Shown here piece by piece: positions 1 through 10,537 of a stretch of 64,000 nucleotides of DNA. This DNA comes from Candidatus Latescibacterota bacterium. GTDB lineage: Bacteria > Latescibacterota > UBA2968. Within the stretch, counting starts at the first letter, position 1, and every line of letters begins with the position of its first letter. The stretch covers positions 3,104,001-3,168,000 of the forward strand of contig OZ242311.1 in assembly GCA_965207885.1 (NCBI GenBank). Direction: 5' to 3'. The position numbers were made by a program, and so were the translations under genes. The notes under the pieces are model-generated. The model did not search any database. It had not been told where the DNA came from and saw only the letters and a list, made by a program, of their open reading frames with translations.

Positions 1-1932
1 ACCTCCCCTGCCCGTGCGCGCGATGGCCTCATAACTCACAATCGCATTTTGGACTTCACCGAATGACTCTTCGAGATTTTCCTTGATGAGATCGACAGAA
101 ATCTGGTCGGGGCGTTCGGATAAGGGCAAAAGCGCTACATTGATACTCGCCTGGGTTTCGCTGATACTGGTCGTAAAGCGATCTATACCTTTGAGATCTC
201 GCACAGCACTTTCAATTTCGCCAACAACAGCATCAAGGGCTTCAATAGTCGTGCCTTCGGGCATGCTGATATAGACGGTAAAACGGCTTTCCTCGCGGCG
301 AATATCTTGTTGCAGCATATAGAAAAAAGAAATGATCAGCGTAATGACAAGCGCGCCGACAATACCCAGTGACACGCTAATTCTGTGGCGCAAGCCCGCT
401 TTGAGGCACACCGTGTACATCTCGATCAATGCGCCTGTTCCCGTCGGTGGTCGAGATGCGAGAGAAAGGGTTTTCGATGCGAGGGCAGGCACAAGTGTGA
501 GGGCTACGAGCAGAGAGGCAAGCAGAGGAAAGGCGATGGACAGCGCGAATTCTCGCAGGATATCCTGAAAGTCGCTTTGAATAAAAACAACAGGTAAAAA
601 GACTGTAATGGTTGTCGCGGTTGCCGCAACAACGGCGCGTGCGACCTCATCGGTTCCTGCTTTTGCGGCTTCTTTGGGGGATTTGCCCTGTTCAAAATGC
701 TTGAAGATATTTTCCATGACCACAATGCCATTGTCCATCAACATGCCAACTGCAAGCGCGAGGCCGCACATCGAGAGCACGTTCAAACTGAGATCCCACA
801 TATACATCAAATTAAATGTGAGCAACAAAGAACACGGAATGGCGAGGAGCAAAACAGCGACAAAACGCAAATTTCTCAAAAATAAGAACAAAACAAAAAG
901 CCCGAGCAATCCCCCGACAACAGCGGCCCGTTTGAGAAAATTGAGGGCTTCGTTCATAATCTCTGCCTGATTCTGGCTGATCACGAGCTGGATATTTTCA
1001 TAGGCGAGATCGCCGTTGACGCGTTCTATGGTGTCTTCGAGTTCTCCTGCAAGTTCGATGAGATTGGCTTCATCGTCTTTTTGAATGCGGATGCCAACGG
1101 CGGCTTTGCCATTGATTCGTTGCAGGTCTGTACGCTCCTGAAGGCCGTAGCGAATTTTGGCAATGTCGCCAAGGTGCAGGGGCAATTCCGGTTTGATAAC
1201 GACTCTGCGGATTTGCACGAGGTCTGTAAATTGGCCCTGAATGCTGACCGCATAAGCCTGGTCGCCGTCGTACACTCGCCCGAGATATTGTCGTCGCGTA
1301 TTAAACGCATTGATGCGATTGCGAACATCGGACATCGAAAGCTGGTGCGCCTGCAGCATCAATGGATCGACAATAATTTCAATAGCCGTCCTTTGCCCAC
1401 CCAGGACCTGCGCGTTGACAACGCCATCGACCGCTTCCAATTCCGGTCTGATTTTCTCCTCGGCAAATTCGCGCAACCAGTTTATATCGCCTTCGCCCAA
1501 CACGTGGATTTGCATCACCGATGCACTCAGATCAGAGGAATCAAAGCGCTGTATGTTGACCCGCGTTCTTGCGGGCAAAAGCGGTTGCAGGCGCGTGATG
1601 CGGCTTTCGAGCTGTAGCAGGGCGAATTTCATATCCGTATTGGGCGCGTAGGAAATGCGTACCCCGCCGTTATTCTGGCGCGAAAAGGACTCATACGCCT
1701 CAATGCCTTCGAGTTTGCCCACCTCTCTCTCGACGGGCATCACCAATTCCCGCTCGACCTGTTCGGGCGAATAGCCCTGCTGAGTGACTGTGACAAAGAC
1801 CTCCGGGCGGACGAGTTCGGGAAATATCTGAACGGGCAACCGATCCAATGAAATCGCGCCTAAAATAGCCAGACCTATAAAAAACATGGCCGTAGTCACG
1901 GGCCGCAGAACGGCAATACCAGCAAGTGTCAC
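1..1932 (-). CDS. AcrB/AcrD/AcrF-family RND transporter permease, 3' end runs off the window (not in the ORF track)
   Basis: GTG at 1932 overlaps the TGA of the upstream RND gene (GTGA). Reads MTLAGIAVLRPVTTAMFFIGLAILGAISLDRLPVQIFPE..., later GMLMDNGIVVMENIF, typical of RND TM1 and TM4. Confidence 0.9.
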   Translation of the reverse strand, partial: MTLAGIAVLRPVTTAMFFIGLAILGAISLDRLPVQIFPELVRPEVFVTVTQQGYSPEQVERELVMPVEREVGKLEGIEAYESFSRQNNGGVRISYAPNTDMKFALLQLESRITRLQPLLPARTRVNIQRFDSSDLSASVMQIHVLGEGDINWLREFAEEKIRPELEAVDGVVNAQVLGGQRTAIEIIVDPLMLQAHQLSMSDVRNRINAFNTRRQYLGRVYDGDQAYAVSIQGQFTDLVQIRRVVIKPELPLHLGDIAKIRYGLQERTDLQRINGKAAVGIRIQKDDEANLIELAGELEDTIERVNGDLAYENIQLVISQNQAEIMNEALNFLKRAAVVGGLLGLFVLFLFLRNLRFVAVLLLAIPCSLLLTFNLMYMWDLSLNVLSMCGLALAVGMLMDNGIVVMENIFKHFEQGKSPKEAAKAGTDEVARAVVAATATTITVFLPVVFIQSDFQDILREFALSIAFPLLASLLVALTLVPALASKTLSLASRPPTGTGALIEMYTVCLKAGLRHRISVSLGIVGALVITLIISFFYMLQQDIRREESRFTVYISMPEGTTIEALDAVVGEIESAVRDLKGIDRFTTSISETQASINVALLPLSERPDQISVDLIKENLEESFGEVQNAIVSYEAIARTGRGG

Positions 1933-4900
1933 GCGGATTTCCTCCGGAGGCGATCAATTAGTTCATACATGGTGGGTATCACGAGTAAGGTCATCAATGT
2001 CGATGTCACCAGGCCGGCAATGACGGCAATAGCCATAGGCGCGCGCAATTTTGCCCCCTCGCCAAAGCCGATTGCCATGGGCAGCAGGGCGAGAATAGTC
2101 GTCGCACTCGTCATCATAATGGGGCGCAAGCGGTCTTGACCGCCCTGTAGAATCGCTTCTCGCAACGTCAGGCCAGCTTGCCTGAGCTGGTTGATGCGAT
2201 CCACGAGAATGATCGCATCGTTGACCGCAATACCGCCTAGCATAATGATGCCGATATAGGCCATCACACTGAGCGGTTCGCCCAAAAAATAGAATCCAAA
2301 TATCACGCCGACGCCGGCTAAGGGAACGGAAAACATGACGGTAAACGGATGGAGCGTGGATTCAAATAGCGATGCCATCACCATATAGACCAGCACAATC
2401 GAAAGCAGGAGCGCAAATTTGAGACTTTCAAATGATGCCGCTCGCTCGCGCTCTTCTCCGCCAATTTCAATGCGATACCCCGACGGCACAACCACTTCCT
2501 GCATGGTGGCGCGTACGTCGGCAACGGCTTCACTTAAAATGCGTCCTTCTGTGAGATATCCCGTAATGCGCCCTACGCGACGCTGATCTTCTCTCAAAAT
2601 TTCGCGGGGACCTTCAATAATATTGAGCTCGGCAATATCCCCCAACGTCAGGATCGCGCCATCTGTTCCTTCGATTTGCATGGTGTGGAGTTCGCGCAGA
2701 TCAATATCTCGATATTTTACCCGAATATCCCGCGTGCGCTGGTCTTTAGACAGTTCGCCAGCAACTTCACCCGATAATTGTCTTTCCAATGTGCGGCTGA
2801 TGGTCTGGGTGGTCAATCCGAATGCCGCCGCTACCTCATCGCGAATCGCCAGATCGACTTCTGGCTGCCCGCCCTGAAAGCTCGTGCGCACATTGTACAC
2901 CGAAGGCAGATCCTCAATCCTCGTCTGAAGCTCTTTTGTGATGCGTGCCAAAATATCGAGATTTTCTCCAGACACTTCGACCTGAATGGGCGCTTCTTGT
3001 CCCCCCATTACGCCTTCAAGCGCGGTTTCGTGCAACTTGTATTTCACTTCGATATCGGGCATGGCACTTAAAATGGGATCCAGGTCGCGCACCAATTCGC
3101 TGACGCTGCGCGACCGCTGTGTGTGCAACGCCACCGATAGAGTCGCGCGATTGGGACCCGTCGGTTCGCCTCCGGTCGATATCCGAGCGGGGTTGAGGCC
3201 GGTCAGCGCGTACACATGCGCCACATCACTCCCGCCAACGCTTTCGACAATCTCTTTGACGTGCAGGGCGACCTGATCGCTCAGTTCCACACGCGAGCCT
3301 TCGGACAATGTGAGGTCAATTTGGAATAGCCCTTGATCTTCGCGCGGAATAAATTCTGTCTGCAACTCGCGGGCGATATACCCGGTTCCGCCCAGAATGA
3401 GCAATACGACGCCGAGCATGATGAGTTTGCGGTTCAAAATACCATTGAGAAACCGATAGTATTTGTCCGACCGAACAGTCGTTTTGTGCGTCGTATTCAA
3501 CCGTCTAAAGATGCGCGACGTCAGCATCGGAATCGTCGTCATTGCCACAACCAGAGAAGACAACAGAGAAAATGCAACTGTCCATGCCTGATCCACAAAG
3601 AGTTTGCCCGCCAGCCCCTGCAAATAGACAATGGGCAAGAAGACAGCCACGGTCGTCAGCGTTGAAGCCAAAATTGCCACGCCGACTTCAGAGGCGCCGC
3701 GGCTCGATGCTGTGCGCGCGTCCTCGCCGCTTTCCAGGTGACGATAAATATTCTCAATAACCACAATGGCATTGTCAACGAGCATGCCCGCACCCAGAGC
3801 CAACCCGCCCAGCGTCATAATATTCAGGGACAGCCCTTCAAAGTACATAAGTGTGAATGTCGCCAATACTGAAATGGGAATTGCCAACCCTATCACCAGC
3901 GTCACTGTCCAACTCCGCAACGCGATCAAAAGCACGAGAATCGCCAAAAATGCCCCGTGAATGGCTGATGTTTCGACTTCTCCTATGGCATCTTCGACAA
4001 ATCGCGCCTGGTTTTCGACGGTTGTGAAGTGCATGCCGCTCAGGTCTGCTTCGATATCGTCTATCGCATCCAATACCGTATTGACCACGGCGACTGTATT
4101 GCTACCGGCTTCTTTGTAAATAGCGAGGCCAACGCATTCCCGTCCGTCGAGGCGCACAATGGTTTCTCGCTCTTGATATTCCAGGTCAACCGTGCCCACG
4201 TTGCGCACGCGTACCGGCACGCGATCGCCAGAAACTGTGCCCCCTCCCCCGCGCCTTTCTCCCACGATGACTTCCCGCACATCGTTTATGTCATCTAAGC
4301 GACCGAGGGCTTTGACCAGATACGACTGCTGATTTTCTCTGAGCGTACCTCCGGATACATCGGCATTTGCCTGTGCGATGCGGTTGATGACCGCATCGGA
4401 TGAAAGTCCAAACGCTTCGAGCAAATAAGGATCGAGTGTAACGCGCACTTCCTTTTCCGCTCCCCCTTCCACCTCGGCAGACGCCACGCCGTCGAGGGCT
4501 TCCAATTTGGGTTTGATCAACAATTCTACCGTACCCATCAATGCGTCGAGTTCCGTGTTTTCGTCTGCTGTAATCGCAATGCGCATCACCGCAAGCGAGA
4601 GCGGATCTTCGCGCGTCACATCCAACTGTGATACATCTTCATTGACCGCATAGCGCCCCACTCTTTTTTGCACGTCGAGCAACCCGTAATCCATGTCCGC
4701 ATCCCAGGCAAATTCTGCAATGACCACAGCCTGCCCAGAGCGGGTAATCGAATAGACGCGCTTGACGCCGTTAATCGTGCTCACATCGCGTTCGAGGCGG
4801 CGCGTATAGCTTTCTTCAATCTCGACAGGCGATTTGCCCGGTGCTGTCAGGTCTATGGTGACGACTGGCGTCTGCAAATCGGGCAAGAGATCGGTACCCA

Positions 4901-4994
4901 ACCCGTCTAACGATATCCATCCAAGCAACACTACCGCGAGAGTCGCCATGGCAATCGTCACGGGATATCGCGTTGAAAATTCCGGCAAATTCAT
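1929..4994 (-). CDS. AcrB/AcrD/AcrF-family RND transporter permease (1021 aa)
   Basis: GMLVDNAIVVIENI, ASTLTTVAVFLP and RLRPIMMTSATT motifs; typical RND length. Confidence 0.95.
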   Translation of the reverse strand: MNLPEFSTRYPVTIAMATLAVVLLGWISLDGLGTDLLPDLQTPVVTIDLTAPGKSPVEIEESYTRRLERDVSTINGVKRVYSITRSGQAVVIAEFAWDADMDYGLLDVQKRVGRYAVNEDVSQLDVTREDPLSLAVMRIAITADENTELDALMGTVELLIKPKLEALDGVASAEVEGGAEKEVRVTLDPYLLEAFGLSSDAVINRIAQANADVSGGTLRENQQSYLVKALGRLDDINDVREVIVGERRGGGGTVSGDRVPVRVRNVGTVDLEYQERETIVRLDGRECVGLAIYKEAGSNTVAVVNTVLDAIDDIEADLSGMHFTTVENQARFVEDAIGEVETSAIHGAFLAILVLLIALRSWTVTLVIGLAIPISVLATFTLMYFEGLSLNIMTLGGLALGAGMLVDNAIVVIENIYRHLESGEDARTASSRGASEVGVAILASTLTTVAVFLPIVYLQGLAGKLFVDQAWTVAFSLLSSLVVAMTTIPMLTSRIFRRLNTTHKTTVRSDKYYRFLNGILNRKLIMLGVVLLILGGTGYIARELQTEFIPREDQGLFQIDLTLSEGSRVELSDQVALHVKEIVESVGGSDVAHVYALTGLNPARISTGGEPTGPNRATLSVALHTQRSRSVSELVRDLDPILSAMPDIEVKYKLHETALEGVMGGQEAPIQVEVSGENLDILARITKELQTRIEDLPSVYNVRTSFQGGQPEVDLAIRDEVAAAFGLTTQTISRTLERQLSGEVAGELSKDQRTRDIRVKYRDIDLRELHTMQIEGTDGAILTLGDIAELNIIEGPREILREDQRRVGRITGYLTEGRILSEAVADVRATMQEVVVPSGYRIEIGGEERERAASFESLKFALLLSIVLVYMVMASLFESTLHPFTVMFSVPLAGVGVIFGFYFLGEPLSVMAYIGIIMLGGIAVNDAIILVDRINQLRQAGLTLREAILQGGQDRLRPIMMTSATTILALLPMAIGFGEGAKLRAPMAIAVIAGLVTSTLMTLLVIPTMYELIDRLRRKSA

Positions 4995-6064
4995 CGTCTA
5001 TCTCCCGTGACCCGCACTCGAGTTCGCGGCCTCAGCGTTTCGTAATTGCTCGTGATCAACTGTTCACCTGGTTCAAGTCCTACCACAATTTCCACGCGGT
5101 CTCGGTCTTCCAGACCTGTTTCGACTTCGCGTTGTTGTGCGCGGCCTTCTTCTTCGACGAAAACGACCTTCTGATTTCGCCGCCGCAAAACGAGATTGCG
5201 CGTAATAAGTACGACGTTTTGCCGCGATTCCGTGACTATTTCTGTTTTGACAAACATCCCCGCCCGCAACAGCAAGTCGGGATTATCGACCATTCCGACG
5301 ACCTGAACCGTGCGCGTGACCGGATCAATAGCCGGATCCATTTCAACAATCTCGCCCTCAAAAACTTCTTCGGGCAAAGCGTAATTGCTCACGCGGATGC
5401 TCTGGCCCAATTTCACGTTAATAATCTGGGCATTGGGAATTTTCAGATCGACAAATACCTGTGAATAATCCATAATTTTTGCGATTGCGGTATTCGGCGT
5501 CACCAGCGTTCCCTGCGTAATATCCGCGAGTTCCGACAACACACCCTGTATGGGAGCTAAAAGCCTGGTTTTGTCGATCTTGATGAGGGCATCCTGATAA
5601 TTGGCTTCTGCATCGGCCCAGGCTCTACGCGCACTTTCGACGTCCATTTCCGTTGCCAGTTGTCGGCTAAACAGGGTTTCCTGTTCTTTTAGCGTTCGCT
5701 TGGCTGTTTCAACCGCCAGTTTACGCGCTTCCACCCGTGCGCCGACAACCCATTCGTCGCTGTCGAGTCGCGCTATGGTTTGCCCCCTTCTAACCTCTGC
5801 CCCTTTGGCGAGTAGGCGGTTATTACTCCCCTTGCTCCAGTACAGATTTCCCCGAATCTCCGTTGTGATCTGGGCTTCGCGCACAGGTCTAAGTGTCCCG
5901 GTCGCTGTCACAATGGATTCGATTGTTCCCGTCTCTACGGATTGAACAGTAACGGGAACCGTCAGGTCAACGGTGCGCTGTTCCGCCTGTTGATCACAGG
6001 CGACCAGCCCACAAAGGACAATTGTCAACAGAAATTTTGAGCAAAAATCAAACTTCACGTTCAT
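4991..6064 (-). CDS. RND efflux periplasmic adaptor (membrane fusion protein), probable lipoprotein
   Basis: Lipobox-like LVAC; lipoyl/hairpin pattern (VRRGQTIARLD ... APIQGV); LRAGMFV and GLEPGEQLI motifs; ATGA-coupled to the RND gene. Confidence 0.93.
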   Translation of the reverse strand: MNVKFDFCSKFLLTIVLCGLVACDQQAEQRTVDLTVPVTVQSVETGTIESIVTATGTLRPVREAQITTEIRGNLYWSKGSNNRLLAKGAEVRRGQTIARLDSDEWVVGARVEARKLAVETAKRTLKEQETLFSRQLATEMDVESARRAWADAEANYQDALIKIDKTRLLAPIQGVLSELADITQGTLVTPNTAIAKIMDYSQVFVDLKIPNAQIINVKLGQSIRVSNYALPEEVFEGEIVEMDPAIDPVTRTVQVVGMVDNPDLLLRAGMFVKTEIVTESRQNVVLITRNLVLRRRNQKVVFVEEEGRAQQREVETGLEDRDRVEIVVGLEPGEQLITSNYETLRPRTRVRVTGDRR

Positions 6065-6076
6065 TCCTCCGTTAAA

Positions 6077-9000
6077 TTAAAATCCCAAAAATCCGCCGCC
6101 CCCCCTGTTACCACCGGGACCTCGCCTACCATCCCCGACGCGATCACCACCGCCACGTCCGCCACCTGGTCCACCTCTGCCGCGCCCGGTAAAGGTGGGC
6201 ATTTCATCTTCGTAGGCATCGGGGTTTTCCGGATCAAAAAAGCGCCATCGCACGGCATCGGCATAGAGACCCCCTCGCCCTTCTGCGCGGTCAGACAATT
6301 CGACTGCGGCTTCTTCGCCCTCGGTAAATTTGTATCGACCCAGATAATTCCATCCCGCTTTCATCTGGTCGCGTTCTATTTCGATTGTATCGGCTTTGCC
6401 CCCGTGAAAAACCGTGAGTGTAAAGGTCGATGCAATTCGAATGCGCCTGGCCATTGAGGGATCGGGAAAAAAGAAGCTCACATCGTACTCGCCGTCTCTG
6501 GGCATTTGCGCTGCCCAAACCGCAGGCTGTGCACCATCCCCTTGAGACTTTCTTCGGTAATTTGTCTCAAATCGTCCAAAGGCCATTGGCAGTCCCTGTT
6601 CGCGCCAGTTGCCGCCTTTGAGTCCGGGCCGGAAGTAGCGCGTTGCGCGCCGCACGGGCATTGAAAATCCGTCGTCGTCATTATCTACAATAATCTCAAC
6701 AGGACCAGACTCTTCGCCTGTCACGTCTTTGACATAAGCAACTGGAAATCCCTCTGTGACATCTTCGGGAACGCGCACGGGGGACATCAGAGAGCGCCGA
6801 TTGCGCGCAAAAAAGGGTTCGACCATCACCCTGAATGGTTGCTCCCACAGAACCATCGAAACTTCAACCTCCTGTCCCCCTTCAATCTCTACGCCCTTCA
6901 GGGCCTCATCGCCCCGCCCCGTAGCAGTAATTTGCACATATCCCCTGCCCGGTTCGCTATTCTTAATCCGCAGAATCAATTGATAGACCACCATTCCAAA
7001 GCCGTCGTCCATCTTCAGAGCTTTTACCCTTGTGAGGGTATAGCCCGGGATTTCTGTACTAAAAATCCAGTCGTTGACGAGGCGTTGCAATTTTTGGCTC
7101 TCTTCACTTTCTGTGGTATCGCCCACAGCGGCGCGTTCAAAGGTCGAAAAATCGATGTCCTCGTATTTGTGATTGTGGTCTATGTCGTCTAAGACCGTGC
7201 GAAATGTTTCCTCACCTAAAAAAGATTCCATCATTTGAAAAAGTGCGGGTCCCTTGGCGTCGAGAACCTGGCGATAGAGGCCAGCTTGCTTTTCGGGATT
7301 CAAATCGGCAAATGATTTTCGTTGCATTTTCGCAATTAACGTATCCCAGGCAGCACCCGATCCCCCGCCCGAGCCGAAGCGCCCACCGGGACCACCGCGC
7401 CCTCCGGGACCACCGCGCCCTCCGGGACCATCGCGCCCGCCTGGTCCACCACGCCCGCCACCGCGTCGTTGGCTCGAATAAAACGCAGAGGTCATATCGG
7501 TGCTCAAATCATTCTGGAGATACAGGGGCATGCCCTTTTTGAGAAGGGAATGATGTTCGCCCACAAACTGCTTGTCATAAGCCCAGAGTTGAACAACAGG
7601 GCTGCGAAACAACCCACCGGGTTGTCCCTGTCTGCCCGAATTTCCTTCTCGGGAAAAAAAGGTCGAAAAAACCGCGCGTACCAAAAGGTCCTTTTTAATA
7701 TCTTTGGGTTCACGGTTGCCGCGCGAGCGCTCTTGAGAACGCCTAAAATCGCGGGTAAATTGCTGCCTCATGAACACATCTTCTTCAATCATCAACACGC
7801 CGGGCTGTGTCAACCCACCCTTTTCTTCCCAGCCTTCGTAATACCACTGAACGTGGAAGGGAATTTCCACTAGAGAAAGACTGGGATAGGGATATTTCAT
7901 GCCCGATTCCTGCTCCATTGCGTCCATAATTTGCTCAAGTGCGCGCAAAATCTCTTCCTCGGCATCTTCAAAAAATCGGACCGGACGCAGATGCGATGGG
8001 TGGGCGTAAAGGGCGCATTCGACATCGTGAATGGTCGCGCGATAAACGCGGTATTCGCCCGCATTTAGCGATAGGACGGGCACGGGCTTATCAATAACCC
8101 ATTGGCGCGTTACCTGTGTGCCGAGTGTATCGGATTCGCCTACCTGTCCTTGAGTAATGACTTCGATGCCTTGCGGATATGTTATTTGCAAATTTGCCGT
8201 TGAAAAAGAGACCTTACGCGTGTCCTCATAGCCGTAATCAACGCCTGTCACGGGATACCATCGGCTGCGCGGAGGCAAAAAGACGGAATTGTCGCGAATC
8301 CACGCCGTCAAAGAGCCTTTATTAAATATACCAAATGGCCCTTCGCGTTTGCGCAGCTTCGGTCTCGCTTTTTCTCGTTGGAGATCAAAACCATCCGTGT
8401 TAATATCACCCGCATAAGCCAATGTCAGATCGAATTCTCGCTCCGATTGCAGGGGGTTAGCGGGTATGACGCGGATCACGCTTCCCATACGCTCCCACGC
8501 TATTGCGCCGCCATCGCCGCGTGTTAGATTCTGGATTTTGAATCCGGGGTTGAGTGAAAGAATCAGCGTATCGAGCGGAGATTCGTGGGGGTTTTTCAAT
8601 CTAATCGTACCTGAGGCGGCAAGCGGCTCCTCCCCCAAAAGTGTCAATGCCAGATCGTAATGGGTTATTTCCGCAACGGGAATATTCGCTACCGCTTCTT
8701 GTTGCTCTAACAGCGAATGGCGATACGCTTGCCCGTCTTGCGCCGCTGCATCCATATAAAAGTAAAGGCCCACAGCCAGACCAAAACCGGTCACTGCACA
8801 GCCGCGGCCAAACCACCGCGCAATCAAAGAATGTGCAAGACGGGGATACCAATCAATTGAAAAGCCAAAAAATCCAATGCCGAGCAGGATGTAAAACAGG
8901 CGCTTTAGCCCCACTTGCGTCATATCTGCCAGACCAATCAGGTCGGAATAATACAGAGGCGTAAAAAAAGCACCAAAGTCATAGATGCCGTCATATCGCC

Positions 9001-9586
9001 TGCCCAGGAATAACAGGACAGCCAACAAATACCCGATCACAATCAGGGCAACTGCCGCTTGCCGCCGCAACACTGCACCCAGAAAAAATGTCACAGAAGA
9101 CATAAAAATCAGAGCGGGCAGGTTCATGAGCACGAGATAGCTAATATAGGGTTTTATTGTAAATGGATTACCCGTCATACTGATTTTTGCAGCCTGGATA
9201 CTCAGGGTTAAGAGCAGAACGCCCAGACTCAAAAAGACAAGCGCACTAACAATGCCCAGGTACTTACCCGCAACCAGTTCCGCAGTCGAAATGGGACGCC
9301 CGGCCACGACTTCGTAAATATGCGCCTGTTCATCCGCCGCTCTAAAATCCCCCACGATAAATGCTATGACAATGGTCTGCAAGAAACTGTACACTAAAAA
9401 CGGGACATAAGAATCGATTCCCACGGGCAGTTCAGCACCATTGGCTTCTGCTATGGCAAAGCCTATGCCGAGTAAAACGGGAATGCTCATGCCCAGACCG
9501 CCTAAAATACGGAATTTTGTGGTTCTCAAGAGCATTTTGCGCTCATAACGCGCAACACCCCATACATTGTAGAAAATAGATAGCAT
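6077..9586 (-). CDS. ABC-2-type permease fused to an M1-aminopeptidase-like domain (no HExxH) and a C-terminal golvesin/xanthan-lyase-like beta-sandwich
   Basis: N-terminal multi-TM region with RPISTAELVAGKYLG; M1-like segments (ITHYDLAL, YPYPSLSLVE, AKGPALFQMMESFLGEETF); C-terminal IIVDNDD...GWNYLGRYKF...ADAVRW. Confidence 0.75.
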   Translation of the reverse strand: MLSIFYNVWGVARYERKMLLRTTKFRILGGLGMSIPVLLGIGFAIAEANGAELPVGIDSYVPFLVYSFLQTIVIAFIVGDFRAADEQAHIYEVVAGRPISTAELVAGKYLGIVSALVFLSLGVLLLTLSIQAAKISMTGNPFTIKPYISYLVLMNLPALIFMSSVTFFLGAVLRRQAAVALIVIGYLLAVLLFLGRRYDGIYDFGAFFTPLYYSDLIGLADMTQVGLKRLFYILLGIGFFGFSIDWYPRLAHSLIARWFGRGCAVTGFGLAVGLYFYMDAAAQDGQAYRHSLLEQQEAVANIPVAEITHYDLALTLLGEEPLAASGTIRLKNPHESPLDTLILSLNPGFKIQNLTRGDGGAIAWERMGSVIRVIPANPLQSEREFDLTLAYAGDINTDGFDLQREKARPKLRKREGPFGIFNKGSLTAWIRDNSVFLPPRSRWYPVTGVDYGYEDTRKVSFSTANLQITYPQGIEVITQGQVGESDTLGTQVTRQWVIDKPVPVLSLNAGEYRVYRATIHDVECALYAHPSHLRPVRFFEDAEEEILRALEQIMDAMEQESGMKYPYPSLSLVEIPFHVQWYYEGWEEKGGLTQPGVLMIEEDVFMRQQFTRDFRRSQERSRGNREPKDIKKDLLVRAVFSTFFSREGNSGRQGQPGGLFRSPVVQLWAYDKQFVGEHHSLLKKGMPLYLQNDLSTDMTSAFYSSQRRGGGRGGPGGRDGPGGRGGPGGRGGPGGRFGSGGGSGAAWDTLIAKMQRKSFADLNPEKQAGLYRQVLDAKGPALFQMMESFLGEETFRTVLDDIDHNHKYEDIDFSTFERAAVGDTTESEESQKLQRLVNDWIFSTEIPGYTLTRVKALKMDDGFGMVVYQLILRIKNSEPGRGYVQITATGRGDEALKGVEIEGGQEVEVSMVLWEQPFRVMVEPFFARNRRSLMSPVRVPEDVTEGFPVAYVKDVTGEESGPVEIIVDNDDDGFSMPVRRATRYFRPGLKGGNWREQGLPMAFGRFETNYRRKSQGDGAQPAVWAAQMPRDGEYDVSFFFPDPSMARRIRIASTFTLTVFHGGKADTIEIERDQMKAGWNYLGRYKFTEGEEAAVELSDRAEGRGGLYADAVRWRFFDPENPDAYEDEMPTFTGRGRGGPGGGRGGGDRVGDGRRGPGGNRGGGGFLGF
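7386..7439. repeat. 18-bp coding tandem repeat (x3) encoding GGRGGP units
   Basis: ccgggaccaccgcgccct x2 plus ccgggaccatcgcgcccg, with degenerate units adjacent. Confidence 0.9.
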
Positions 9587-9598
9587 AGTATTAATCCT

Positions 9599-10492
9599 TT
9601 ACGCGGCGATTTCGCCAGTGGTATCGCCCCCGACAAAATAGACATAGGCATCTTCGAGATTGGGCGCGACTGCTTCGGCATCAGCGGGAGGCTCGCCATC
9701 GCCCACCATACGCAAACGCATCAAATCGCCCTCGACATTTACTGTGACTACGCGAAACACCCGCGACAGCATTTCAAAGCCAGCGTCATCGACCTGTACT
9801 TCCCACGTTTTGCCATCGGCTTTTGAAATGAGTTCTCCGGGAGAACCGCGAAAGATCAGACGTCCGGTATCCAGGACCGCGAGATCTTCGCAGGTACTTG
9901 AAATGTCGCCCACAATATGCGTGGAAATCAAAATTGCGCGATCGCTGCTCAAGCGTCCCAAAATACCCCGAAACCGTATGCGCTCTTCCGGGTCAAGTCC
10001 CACGGTGGGTTCATCGACAATGAGAAACTCTGGATCGGTCAAAATGGTCTGTGCAATGCCAAGGCGACGCATCATGCCACCTGAAAACGTGCCCGAACGC
10101 CGATTGCGCGCTTCGTACAATCCGACTTCGTTTAGAGCTTGCTCCACGCGATTCAAACGCGAACTTCTATTATGCATGCCGCCTAAAACAGCCATATAAT
10201 CGAGAAATTCCCAGGCAGTCAGTTGTGGATAGGTCCCAAAATGCTGGGGCAAATATCCCAGGCGCCGGCGAATTTCAGTGCGGTCTTTTACGAGGTCGAA
10301 CTCATCCATGGTCACGTTGCCACTCGATGCGTCCATCTGAGTCGATAAAATTTTAATCAGCGTTGTCTTGCCTGCACCATTGGGTCCCAATAGGCCAAAT
10401 GTTCCGTGCGGAATGGTCAATGTGACATCGTCTAAGGCGGGAACCGCGCCACGTCGATATACTTTTGTCAAGTTTGAAATGCGAATAACCAT
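9599..10492 (-). CDS. ABC transporter ATP-binding protein
   Basis: Walker A GPNGAGKTT, signature FSGGMMRRLGIA, Walker B LIVDEP, H-loop ISTH; start placed at ATG 10492 after a GAGGGG RBS. Confidence 0.95.
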   Translation of the reverse strand: MVIRISNLTKVYRRGAVPALDDVTLTIPHGTFGLLGPNGAGKTTLIKILSTQMDASSGNVTMDEFDLVKDRTEIRRRLGYLPQHFGTYPQLTAWEFLDYMAVLGGMHNRSSRLNRVEQALNEVGLYEARNRRSGTFSGGMMRRLGIAQTILTDPEFLIVDEPTVGLDPEERIRFRGILGRLSSDRAILISTHIVGDISSTCEDLAVLDTGRLIFRGSPGELISKADGKTWEVQVDDAGFEMLSRVFRVVTVNVEGDLMRLRMVGDGEPPADAEAVAPNLEDAYVYFVGGDTTGEIAA

Positions 10493-10537
10493 CAATATGC
10501 CCCTCATTGTGCTTTGCCAACGATTAGACCTGAAATT

